DNA of 64,000 nt from Ramazzottius varieornatus (taxonomy: Eukaryota > Animalia > Tardigrada), in assembly GCA_001949185.1 (NCBI GenBank), contig BDGG01000015.1, positions 687,036 through 751,035 of the forward strand, read 5' to 3'. The notes beneath the pieces are model-generated. The model worked only from the letters and a program-made list of their open reading frames with translations. It was not told the DNA's origin and ran no database searches. The translations under genes were made by a program, and so were the position numbers. Every line of letters begins with the position of its first letter. Position 1 is the stretch's first letter. This document shows, in pieces, positions 49,728-60,900 of the stretch.

Positions 49728-50309
49728 AGCAGCAATGACTTCTGTGCTCCAACAACCCGCGAAGAGCTTCCTACAGCTCCTGTAGAAGGGGCATTTTCCT
49801 CTGCATCATCCGGATTCGTCCTAGGCGTCTCTCTATAAATCCTGCAACACAAGAGCGCAGAACAAATAGTAAACCACAACAATACGCAGATTGCGATTTC
49901 TCAAGGGTCCAAAACAAATCGCACAGAAATGGCAAATCAAAAATGGAAAATGAAAGATAGCCCGCCCACGAACCAATCAGGCGAGAGATTCTTCTATTTC
50001 GATGCGATTTCGAATTTCCGTGCTTTTCCACTCCCATCAAAATTCCGAAATTTTGATGGGACCCCAGCAGGGGAGCCACCCCAACTGCCCCCAAACACGA
50101 AAATTCAAGATCGGCTGCCATACCATTCATTGATTTACTGATACTTCACATCGACTTCTGTCCCACCTGGGGGTTCAGTGGTGCGTGGGACCCTTCACCC
50201 AATTTGAGCGGTTTTCCAGCAGTCGCATGTTCTGGTCATAGAAAGCTGTGTGCTCATCTCCCCTTCCGATTTTGAAGTATTCTTCCCAGTTGTAACCCGC
50301 ACCACAGGT

Positions 50310-51806
50310 ATGGCTGCGGGAGGAAGTGCCGATGAGATGTTGGGGGGATACCAGGCGATCGGGTTACTCAACGCGGAGAACGGGCAGGTGACTTACTTCC
50401 ACGCGCAGGCGATAACTTACGAATTCTTCGCACCAGATTCATCGATTCTATCTTACTCCCCGACTAGTCCTGATGTTAGAAGTCCAACTAGCGAAGTTGG
50501 AGATCCAACTGGTCCCGAGAAAGACGATGTCAAGTCAGAGGACGAGATGGTGGACGATGATTACAAGCCAAAGAAGGGTGGCCGTACAGCCATCGCGAAC
50601 AAGGACGATTCTGAGAAAGGTACTGCTTACCAGTTCTTTACAAGAGTGGAGACTATTATGCAGTACAACCCGTATCAGTTCCCACATGGCTCGCCAGAGA
50701 ACCAGGCCTGCTGGGGTCGGACCGTCAAGGATTTGCAGCATAAAAAGATTATCCGTGTGTCAGCCAGAACAAAGGAGAACCTAGTCGCTTACCTGAATCG
50801 ACATCTGTCTGCTTTCCGCGTGAAACATAAGACGCCTCGAACCGGAGAAGAGTTAGACGGGAAAGGGCCAGACTGGACTGATCGAGACTTGATTCTGTCG
50901 GACTTGTTCGACCACGTCAGCGCAAAGGCAAGGGCGAATGACTCGAAGATAAAGATTGCTGAAGGAAGAAGACAAACAGCGCACAAAGCCGTCGGTCTGG
51001 GCTCCAAAACTGGACGGAAGAAATCTGATCTCAAGGCAGCTGCTAAATCCATATCGTGCTCGGAGGTGGAGAAGAGCTTGGACATCGAAAGGGCCAAGCC
51101 TAGCGAAGCGGACCATGTCAACCAGCTGAAAAAGACTCTGGCAGAAATTGACCAAGGTAAGAATTTCCTTGAATAGACCTGAATATTTCTTACCTGACAA
51201 TGCCTCCTCCTTTTCAGAGGACAAGCGGCTTGAAGCTCCAAGCTTTGTTGGATCTCCAACTTCAACCACCGTCGACAAAAAATTCTCGTCGATAAGCGAG
51301 TCCGAAAGAAAACCAAAGCAGGTTGGAGCTCAAACAAAGCCAAAGACAGGAGTGGATTAGAGAATCAAGAAGGACTCGAGCTCGAGAATCGGTAGGACCT
51401 TATATTTTAACTGTTCTTCTATGGCATTGAGTTTGCAAAAATACTTTTGGTAGGACAATGTACTGGGATAATGAACAAACCGAGCGCCGGTGAAGAAAGC
51501 GAGGAGGAGATTCGCAAGACGGCTATGGATCGACCGTTCAAGCGTCGTAATGATGAGCTGCTAGCGAAGATGGACGAAGATACCGAGTCTGCCGCGAAAG
51601 GTCAACCGGACTTCCTTATCCATGATAAAGAGCAGCGCGAGAAAGATCGGCAGTTTCAAAAGGAAGAAACGGAGAGGGAACGCCAGTATAAAAAAGAGGA
51701 GCAAGAACGTACTTTGCAATTCATGTTCCAATCGCAGGCTCAGCTGTTAGAAAAAGTCTTTGATAATAAATCTGGTTTCAAGGTTGGTGTTAATAATTCC
51801 GAGTGA
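50310..51806 (+). pseudogene. Harbinger-group accessory ORF (Myb/SANT-like DNA-binding domain plus C-terminal coiled coil); exons 50310-51156, 51218-51391, 51454-51806; premature TAG at 51358
   Basis: NPYQFPHGS..ACW..TVKDL...LNRHLSAF...G..WTDRDLIL.DL pattern, followed by an EQREKDRQFQKEE coiled coil. One in-frame stop in exon 2. Confidence 0.7.
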
Positions 51807-51869
51807 ATCTTTTATTTGGAGTTCCAAATGCTTGGATATCCAAGCTAAGTTTTTGTCGAGTTAACGCTC

Positions 51870-52780
51870 TAGATCTGCAGTTCGTCAGAAAAGCAGAAAC
51901 AATGTAGCTCGTGGCCACCTGCTGAAGAAATAGTTTATTGTTTTGCTGGTAATTTAATTTTTCCAAACCCGCTCTCAACAACTATTCGACAAGAGTCCAT
52001 ATCTTCGTTGAATTTCTTTTCTTCTTCCGTCAAGTCTGCGACTTTGAAAAAACGCTGAACAACGGCCGAGATGCCGTAGCCTCGATCCCCGAATACGCAG
52101 TACAGCTTCCCCTATTCTTGATTCTTTGCAGAGCCAGCATGAGACAGTCGTGCCTTCTTCGCTCTGCTGGTCCCCACAGATTCACTATCAAATCGTCGGG
52201 AGCTAAAATGCTTTGCCACTTGTGGACGTGCAGTCGACAATGTCCGCTGTAGTAGTCCCTTTGGTCAGCTCCCGGTCGACAGATTGGCTGAGCAGTTCCG
52301 TCCACAACAGTCCAGCAATTGTCTAAAAAGAAAATGACCACTGGTTAGATATTTGGAGATCCAAATAGGTTGTATTTCCAACATCAAGACATACCATATC
52401 GTTCACCGCGTCGGTAAACAGCACGCGCATAACGCTCGACGTCTTCTCGGGCCAGCCAGGGTTGATCCAGCGATTCTAGTCGATGGCAGTGCTTCGAATA
52501 CAGCCAGTCGACCATCGTGTTGTAGATCCTAGATAACTGCGTAACGTCTCGTCCAAGAAGATCTGCTAGATCTGTCCACCTCGAAGGATAAGCCATCCTT
52601 CGCAGCACTACCGCAAAAGCTACCTCGCCAGTAACACGGGTTCTATTGGAGCAAGTCATGATGGTTAGAATTTCCAGGCGGTGGACCAAATAAAGAAAAT
52701 CATTCTAATTATGCAACCGCAAGTGAGCTCTGAAAATTACATCGGCCATTTCCGCTACTTCCAGGGTATGTAGAACGTAG
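51870..52780 (-). pseudogene. Harbinger-type DDE transposase (DDE_Tnp_4/HARBI1-like), frameshifted and truncated
   Basis: LRRMAYPSRWTDL...GR, CWTVVDGT...ICRP...YSGH, GP...RRHD, then after a frameshift VFGDRGY...FNEDMDSCRIVVESGFG, then after another shift FLTNC. Confidence 0.88.
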
Positions 52781-53673
52781 TAGGGCTCAGTCAGCATATT
52801 CTCTGTCCTCAGCGCATAGTAGGTTCGTCGCCGTCCGGATAACCGTTCTTGCTATTCGAGAAACTGGACCATTCGCGAAGAGGACTCGGACATCGTGGAA
52901 TTTGGAGTTCCAGACAGCGTGGAGCTCCAAACGAGAAGCAACGGTAACCTCAAACGTACAAGCGAGTCGCAGGTGATTCTGAGCTAGTACCAAAGATAAC
53001 AACCAGCTTGGAGCTCCAAGCAGCAGTGCGCACTCCTATCCTGCGTTGCATGATGAAGGAAGAACCTTCCTTGAAGATCGTTTGCTGGGACGTAAGCGAT
53101 GACCAAGCAATGGAACACGAAGAGTAGCTTCCGGTCAAAATACGAATCATTTTCTGTGCGAAACCCTTGTGTGAAATTCGCACGCAGAAAAAACGAAAAT
53201 CATGGAAATGTAATTCAGCAATTTCTATTTCCATTTCTGTGCGATCGATTTACCGTGCGTTTTGACCGATCAAGAAATCGCAATTAGCCTAATATAAATT
53301 TTCACAATTCCATTCATGTAGCCGATTGACGAATTTGTGACATCACAAAGGCCTTTATCGTGATGTCGCCTGATTGAGACACGTTTGATTGCTGCGAATC
53401 TAGTGCAGCAGCCAGGGCGGAGACCGCCTGGCATGAGTCATCGTGTACCATGCGGCCTGAACGAAGACGACACGGTTGTTTTCGCCATTTTGATTCAGCT
53501 TGCAACAGCGTGGTAGCTTGTTCCCGAATTACCGCCCGCCTGTGCACCTTACCGCTTCTTCATTCTTTACCAAATACCAAATATCTTGCTGCTTTTTGAA
53601 TTTATTTGGAAGAAGAGTGAACGTGCAGGCGCTAAGACGGGAAGAGGTTTCGGCAGTTTTCCCGACCGAGAGA

Positions 53674-56600
53674 ATGTAAGTGGGCTGCTCAGCTGCTTGA
53701 TAGGCTGATTTCCGCTCGGTCGCGTTCACTCACCACTTGTTTTGTTTCTGTCGCATTTCTCAGGCCGAGTACCGACGATGCCGTTTCGGAAGATGTTGAA
53801 GTGATGGAGGTGCTCGTACCAGCGAAATCGACCAGGAAGCGGCGGCAGTCATCGTCGAACGGCGGATCCAAGAGACACTACGCCGACACCGTAGCCCTCA
53901 ACCGAGCGGAGATTCGCAGTCGCATCGCTGACGGAACCTGCGAGCTTCGTCCTCACGCCAAGAGCCGCAGCGAAATTTGGAACTTTTTCAGCGATGTCTT
54001 CAACAACGAGACGCAAGAAGTGCTGGAGTACTGCGCCTGCAACAGATGCCACAAAGTATACAAGCATGGACCGAACGGCGGAACGTCCTGCTTGGCCGAA
54101 CACGTCCAGAGCTGTGTGTCCACCACGGAAGAACATGGGGTTCTTGCCGAGTTCTTGGAAACGCCGAGCCAGATGAAAACCCAAGCTCTGCTCGAACAAA
54201 GACAGGAAAAGTATGCAGTATCAACGAAGCGAAGGACGACCCAGACGAACAAACTTGACAAGATCGATCTCCAAGTGGCGCACGTGTTCAGCCATGGACA
54301 TCGACCATGTGCGCCACTTGATGAATCAGTCTTGTCGAGGTCGATTGTTTCATCAAGTGGCGTACACTTCAACCCAATGACACTGTAAGTGTGCGCTACT
54401 TGGTGAACCATCTTGTCGATATCTTGTGGGCATTGAGAAGATCGTGGTTGAAACTTCAAAGGGCTACCAGGTTCTATTTTTAGGATTGCTAAAAGGAAAG
54501 CCAAGATCGAGTCAGAAGAAAGCACGGCCGAAATTCGATCAAGAATAGAGGCTGGGACATGCGAGCTGCAGAGTAATCCGGAAGGCCGAAGCGACATCTG
54601 GAAGGGCTTCTCGAAAGTCATCAACGCAGCCACGAAGCAGCCCACCAGATTCATCGCTTGCAACACCTGCCACAAAACCTACCGACATGGACGTAGCGGA
54701 GGCACTTCCAACCTGATCGAACACCTCAAGAACTGCATGGTGGGTTTCGCGACAGCCGAACTTCCCACCAAGCCTGAGATCAAAAACATCACCATCCAGA
54801 AGCCAGCCGTGGTCAAGACTTCCAAAAAGAAAGCTGCTGAAAAAGCCAAGCAGTCTGTGGCGGGCGACCAGTCATTTCGGGCTGAGGAAATATCCAGTCG
54901 TTTCTCGTCCGTGTTTGCGAAGTATGGCTCGCCATTAGTTTGTAGATCTAGTTGGCTGAGTCATGCTGTGGCTTAGTGTATTCACCGGTGCACTCGTAGG
55001 TTCACTGCCGCTGGTTCGAAACTCGAAGGCGAGCCTTTTCGTTCGTTCATCGACAATGTCCTCGGACTGGCGAAGGCTCACAAAGGGTTTCTCCGAGCTG
55101 AAGACGTGATACCCACGGCGGAGATCATCAGTCAGCAGGTGGCCATCGAAGCACAGCATCTGCGAGCACAACTGTCGCAAAAGATCAAGTATGCCATTGC
55201 GACGAAAGGTTGCTGCATTTCGCTGGGAACCTGGGTGGAGAGCCGAACAAAGACCAAGCTGATAGCTGCCCGATTTCATCATGTTGATGAGGAGACTGTC
55301 TCGGGAGACCTGCTCTTCGTTGCTGAATTCGACCCTATCGTTTATCGCGATGGTATGAAAATTCTCGGGATAAATGATTTATCATGTATGTTTAGTTAAG
55401 AATAATTGGCAAGACGATTATTTCACTGAATGTTTTTCCTAATATTCGTTCCTTTTAGGTATAGCTATCCGGGACTTGGTTGCGGAGAAGCTGGCAGAGT
55501 TTTCCTTCACAGAAATCGACACGAAAAGCGTAATCATCGTAACGGACGCCACCGAGAAGATGAAAGCAGCTTTCGAAGACTTTGATCGTGTCACGTGCGC
55601 CGCGCATGGGATCGATACTTGTCTGAGGAAGTTCGTCAACTGTAGTAAGGAAGCTCTTCGAATGCCGGACGAAGCACTACCTGTGTGGAAACTCTTTCAG
55701 GACTGCCGAGTCCTTGTGAACCACTGCAAAAAGGCACAAAAATTCCTCTTTTGGTTGAAATGCGAAGATGTGAAATTTAAACTTCAAATTTTCTGGTTCA
55801 AATTTGAAAGCTCGGTAAATGAACTTCGGCGACTCGTTTCTTTTCACGTAGAGCGCGACTGCCCTGTTGTCTCGCTGGCTGGAAGCATGCGCCGATTAGC
55901 AAACTCGGCAGGATGATTTGTCCAAGTGGCGCACGCTTTCAGCCAATAAAACGGACAACGTGCGCCACGTGGTAAAACAATTTTGTGGAGTTTGTCGATT
56001 CGCCCATTCCGGGATGTTTCTATTTCGTCAATTGTTTTTCTTTTTAGGTATACATTGCGAGGCAGCTAACGTCTCCGCTCATTTCGCCCAACGATGCCAA
56101 GTGGATCTCCAACCTGGACATGCTGAACTCCATCATCAATGCCTACGCCGAACTGGAAAGTGTCTTAGAGGAGCGCGGGGAGGGCGATAAAATACCTCGA
56201 CCATTAGGGTTCCTGCGGGCCGTAGCCGACTTCTACCAGCCTTTTGGAGCGGCCGTCGAAGCGCTGTCAGCCAGCCAAGCACCAACCGTCCACTTGGTTG
56301 TCCCGCACTTCTTCAGACTCAAAGCTCATGTTCACAAGCCTCTTTCTGCTGAACACGGAAGCTTCCCTGAAATGAACGCCCTCTTGGAACTTCAGGTACA
56401 GATTCTTCCTAAAAAGAAAAGATTGTCTTTTGACTTTTCGTAACAGGCAAACAAACTCGATGAGATCCCTTTCCCAAGTGGCGCAAATGTGCAGAGATAC
56501 TAGCGTGCGTCACTTGAAAAAAAGCTGTCTTGTCAAGTTGGTTTGTTACTTCAAGTGGCTCACGTTGTCAGTTGTACTAGCTGGAAGCGTGCGTCACTGA

Positions 56601-57282
56601 GAAAAAGGATCCTGTCTAGTTTGTTGGCTGAGCTCCCAAATTTTCTGATTATCCCGCAATATCTGGTGAAAATTCGCAGGATAGCCCAGAATACTCTGAC
56701 AGCGTTCCGGACCACTAGCTCATGCAGTCTTGGAAAGTTGACCCTTCTGTTTTGCAGAAACACGTTCAAGCGGTTTTGGACAAGAAGCTACTGATCGACG
56801 ACCTTCACCGCGCTGCCGTCTTCCTCAACCCGGCTATGAAGAAACTGCTGATGTTCGAGCCTGAAGAACGCGAAGAAGTCCACCGAGCCGTCATGGCCCA
56901 GTGCGAGTCCTTCACAGTCTCCACCAGCAAGAGCGACGAACACACTCAACCACGGCCAGACGACAGCATGTGCGAGTTTAGCGAGTTCTCGTCTTACGCT
57001 GACACTTCGGAAGCCATTTCGGCAGCCGAGGAGATTACGCTGTACATGAGTCTCCCACCACCACCTAGCTCCAAGACAGTCCTCCAGTTCTGGAGGGAAC
57101 ACGCCGAGAACCTGCCCAAGTTGAGCACGTTCGCCCTAAGAATGCTGTGTGTACAGGCCTCGGGTATGCCGCCTGAAAGACTGGTCGAAGATGTGGCCAG
57201 TGTTTTCGCTAAAGATGACTATGTGAACGGAGTGGAGAAATTGGATGACTTGATGTTCCTGAAATGGGCGATGATAAATTAA
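53674..57282 (+). CDS. Domesticated hAT (Hermes/hobo-like) transposase, ZBED-like, with two tandem BED zinc fingers and hAT C-terminal dimerisation domain; exons 53674-53675, 53764-54210, 54484-54920, 55000-55352, 55459-55733, 56048-56395, 56758-57282
   Basis: BED1 SEIWNFF..CNRC..GGTSCLAEHVQSC; BED2 SDIWKGF..CNTC..GGTSNLIEHLKNC; VTD, CAAH, KWIS, PTVHLVVP, FLNP, LQFW...LPKLS.FALRML.VQAS..PER. Frame is intact across 6 introns and no TIRs were seen. Confidence 0.85.
54235..54432. mobile_element. Palindromic AAGTGGCGCAC element, 2 units (ZBED-like intron separating the two BED exons)
   Basis: Core 54272-54283, 25-nt spacer, perfect inverted core; second unit at about 54354. Confidence 0.9.
55804..56011. 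mobile_element. Palindromic AAGTGGCGCAC element, 2 units (ZBED-like intron 5)
   Basis: One degenerate unit and one near-perfect unit at about 55923. Confidence 0.85.
56444..56638. mobile_element. Palindromic AAGTGGCGCAC element, 2 units (ZBED-like intron 6)
   Basis: GGCAAACAAACTCGA ... GTTTGTTGGCTGAGCTCCCA. Confidence 0.88.
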
Positions 57283-57356
57283 TCTATCAGTATTTCCAGT
57301 TTTCTTTGGTTTTCTTCTTTATAGCTGTTTGGTAAACTTGAATAGTTTGATACTAA

Positions 57357-57908
57357 CTGGGAACACCGAACTCGGCAAGATGACTTTTTCCTTCCAGTGG
57401 CGCACGGTTCCCTGTTCTTTGGCTGATAGAGTACGCCACGTGGTAAAACGATCTTGGCTACGAGGTAGAGGACAATCATAATTCGGGCATAGCGGTTTTC
57501 GCACCATAATCCGGGCAATGCGAAAATTTTAAGCTTTATTATCAGCGCTTGATTGATTTCTCATCCTTCACTTGCTGGCATAACTCTAGGCTTTTTTACA
57601 TTGGGCAGACCTGTGTCTCCCCCATGACAGATTGTCCTGATCTACAAAATTTCATCGTTCGCAAACCTGTTGGGACCTTGAGGAGAGAGATTGATCTACC
57701 TCTGGAAACAATAAGTACGTAGTTAAGCAGCAGTAGCCCAGAAAAAATATGTTCAAATTATGATGCGAAAATCGCTATGCCCGAATCACGTTCTCTACCT
57801 CGTAGTTTGACTGTTTTCTTAAGTGGCGCACATCTGCCGTGTTCCTAACCAAGGGTGTGCGCCACTTGGAAGAAATGACCATGTTCAGTTTGTAAGTCTC
57901 CGTCCCAG
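57357..57908. mobile_element. Palindromic AAGTGGCGCAC element, 2 units, split by a nested mariner-like MITE
   Basis: CTGGGAAC ... GTCCCAG ends. Removing 57461-57802 plus one TA restores the linker GATCTTGGCTAGTTTGACTG (family consensus GATCTTGTCGAGTTTGATTG). Confidence 0.88.
57461..57802. mobile_element. Mariner-like MITE, 342 bp, TA target duplication, nested
   Basis: TA-CGAGGTAGAG...ATTCGGGCATAGCG(G/A)TTTTCGCA(C/T)CATAAT inverted arms of about 48 bp; TA at 57459-60 and 57803-04. Confidence 0.88.
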
Positions 57909-57978
57909 TTAAGCCTACGCGGATGAGTTTCCATTCTTTAACTGCATTATGATAAAAAAAACAGTATCACGGAAAAAT

Positions 57979-60900
57979 TTACGTGTTCGACAACTGCTCT
58001 CTCCAGAAGTCAGTGTCAGGAAAGAGATGAAGAGCTTTCTGGAGAGTTATCACAACACTGGGAGTATTTTGGGAAGAACCTTCGGGTATACTACGCCTCA
58101 TCAAAGAAATAATTCTATTCCAGAAGGTAAAACAAAGCTTGTAGTGGGAGTTCTCTACTATGTACATCAACTCGTCTAACAGGGTGTTGGGCTCGTCAGT
58201 AGCAGAAATCTCCAATACCGACAAATTATGCAGAATGCGGAAGTCTGCACGACTGGGTGCTAGATGGATCAGCCGCTGCATTTCGCCCTCGCGTAATTTT
58301 TCATCCTCCTCCTGTGATGAACATAGCTGAACACAGAATTAACGTAGCAAATCGGCGCATAGTAACAACTGGAAACGCTGGATGGTCTTACCAGTAGCGC
58401 CGACAGGAAAAGAGTAGAAAGATTGAACAGTAAGCTCTGCCAGTTGGCTGGTGCGAACCATGCTGTGTCAAACCATGTTACTTTTTCAGAAGCCAGTGCT
58501 TTCACCAAGTTCAATTTCAAGACGACTTCGGACATCCGAGGTTCCTCAGCCTGTTTCCGCAGTCTGTAAAGAAAGCAGAAATTGTCTATTCATTGTTGTC
58601 AGATGGAACTGCGCGGGAATCACTTGACAAGGGCGGTAAGGCGGAAGGAAAATTACATGGTATGCACTGTATTCATGGCTTCTTCCTGGTTCCCACCATA
58701 CAAGTGTGCAGCGGCGATACAGACTTGAATCGACCTCCTGGCTTTGTCGTCATCTTGCGGTAACATATCAACAGCCACCTCCAATGTGGACGCCGCGTCC
58801 TCGAAGTTCTTCAGCCGCCAATGGACGACAGCAAGTAGGAGAATGGTGGCCAGTGTCGGTTCGGCGTCGACCGTCTGCAGCAGCTGCAAGGCCTCTTCAA
58901 ACTGGCCGACTTCGCACTGCAGCCTGGCCGTGTTCAACTTGGCCATGTTCCATCTCACCAGACCCTCTTCTTCCAGCCGTTCTTCACTATTTTCCATGAC
59001 TTTCAAGGCGCGGAGGGACACTTCCAGCGCCGACTTGTGCTTTCCGTCCCATTCGAGAAGGAGGCTGAGAAGCGTCGATATGCGTTCATCCTCGTTCCAC
59101 ATATCTACCAAAAAGGACAGCCTTTTCCTCGGCCAGAAGAAAAGGATGCTCCAGTATAATATCAATAATTATGTATTTTATTTGCCTTTCAACTCAGAAC
59201 CGTTTATCACTTGTTGACCACTTTCTCGAAGTCATAGACAAGGCGAAGTTTCTGGGCTTTTTTCTACGGTTCATCTTCGCCACTTTGAGATGCATACCGA
59301 GTGGTCGTCGAAATTTCACTTTTGTCATGCCCCACTTTTCCATTATTGTTACACTTCGAGCTAAGCTGCAGTTCAGTTTTAGAAACTTGTACACTTACGT
59401 TTGTAGCGTAGAAGGTAGTCGGTAGTAGTGGGCAGCGCTTCCGAACGGACAATCAAATCATACCGATCACCTCTATCAATGGTCTTTTCATGGAGCATCC
59501 AGAGAACCCACTCGGCATAGCGGCGCATGGGGTGTCTCGTCGGACTGAGCAGACAAGTGTGCCGACAGAGGTCCATAGCTTCCAGGTACTGGCCCGCCTG
59601 CTCGGCACACCAAGCCATGCCCAGCCAGGCTTCCGGCAGGTCCGGGTTGGCGTTCTGTGCTTTGGACAACATCTCGTAAGCCGCCATGTTCTTCTTCTGG
59701 TTCAGAAAGATGAAACCCATGGCTGCCCAGCTCTCGGCTACGATCGTCGGACTGAGCTCGTAGCGCCGGAAGAGCTCGATGGACTTGGTGTAGTAACGAA
59801 AACCCCGAGTCCGGTCTTCACCTGCAAAACCGACATCATTCAGGAGCTGGCCAAATGAACTGAACCAGATCGCTGTAGTAAGTGGCGCACGTTGTCAGTC
59901 TTGTTGGCTGATAGCGCGCGCCACTTGTCAAAACGATCTGGTTCTTTTCCTATGCTCGTCTTCCATCTAGAGGCTCATCCAGAAAGCTCATCCAGAACCG
60001 AGAAACCCCGCTTCGCGTTTTCAGGTGCAAAGACAGTGTCTTCATCAGCGCACTGAAAAAAGTTTTAATTCCCACGACTCGACTCAAATATCAAACTACG
60101 TCCGACGCTGCATTTCTTTCACTGCTTGTAACAGGGTATGTTAGTACTCGTACGCAGGATGCCCTATACCATTGCCTACTTTCTACAATATTTCCTGTTC
60201 TGCTGCGCACTTAGCTGCTTGAGCTTACAGAAAAATGCAGTGCGAACTTCAACATATGGGCTTTGCACGTGGGAAATTTTAGCCAGAGCAGCATTCTTAC
60301 TGCTGAACGAGACGACGAGGCCAGCAGTTCTCCACAGCCAGGGGTTGTAGGGGTTGCGCTGCAGCATTTCCCTGACAGCCATCAGCGACCGCTTGGTCCA
60401 CTGCTCACAGGCCGCGGCATCGCCTGCACTGGCCACTCTGCGCGCCAAGTAAAAATACGACACAGCCAGACGCTCCCAGAGGCGAGCGGAAGTTCGTTTC
60501 AGCTCGATGGCGACACTGTAGCAAACCGTGGCCCAGTACAGGAGTTGCCGTACATTCAGTTGCACCTTTTCTCCCTGTTTCAAACCATCCCATATTGAGT
60601 GGTCCACCAGTAAAGTGGGGGCGGAAGGACCGGGCTTGACGAAACGCATGAGGAGACAGGCGTCGCCGATAAGACTCCAGACTAAGGTCGACTCGGAATT
60701 GAGCGAGACAGACCTACAAGAAAATCGTCAAAATCATTAATTTACTGTAGAAGTGGACGCCAACTCAGTAAACAAAACTCGACTGATCCTTTTCTCAAGT
60801 GGCGCCCGCTTGCCGTCTTTTTAGCTGAACGCTTCTGCCACTGGAAAAAGCGATCTAATCGAAACTGACCAAGCGACGCACGTTTGAAGTTCTACTTGGC

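Larger units (their letters stand above)
49884..53290. mobile_element. Full-length decayed PIF/Harbinger-group (PHIS; Pangu-like) DNA transposon, about 3.4 kb, two convergent ORFs
   Basis: Imperfect TIRs: left ACGCAGATTGCGATTTCT..GGTCCAAAAC..ATCGCACAGAAATGG versus right (reverse complement) AGGCTAATTGCGATTTCT..GGTCAAAAC..ATCGCACAGAAATGG. AAT lies on both flanks (49881-83, 53291-93). Confidence 0.82.

Noticed and set aside
49884-53290. The Harbinger-group transposon as mobiliser of the palindromic element
   Set aside because: Its TIRs share no similarity with the element ends, and its AAT duplication is not seen around element copies.
53953-54675. 240-aa minus-strand ORF and other long antisense ORFs
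   Set aside because: They are shadows of real coding exons on the opposite strand and run through intronic repeat sequence.
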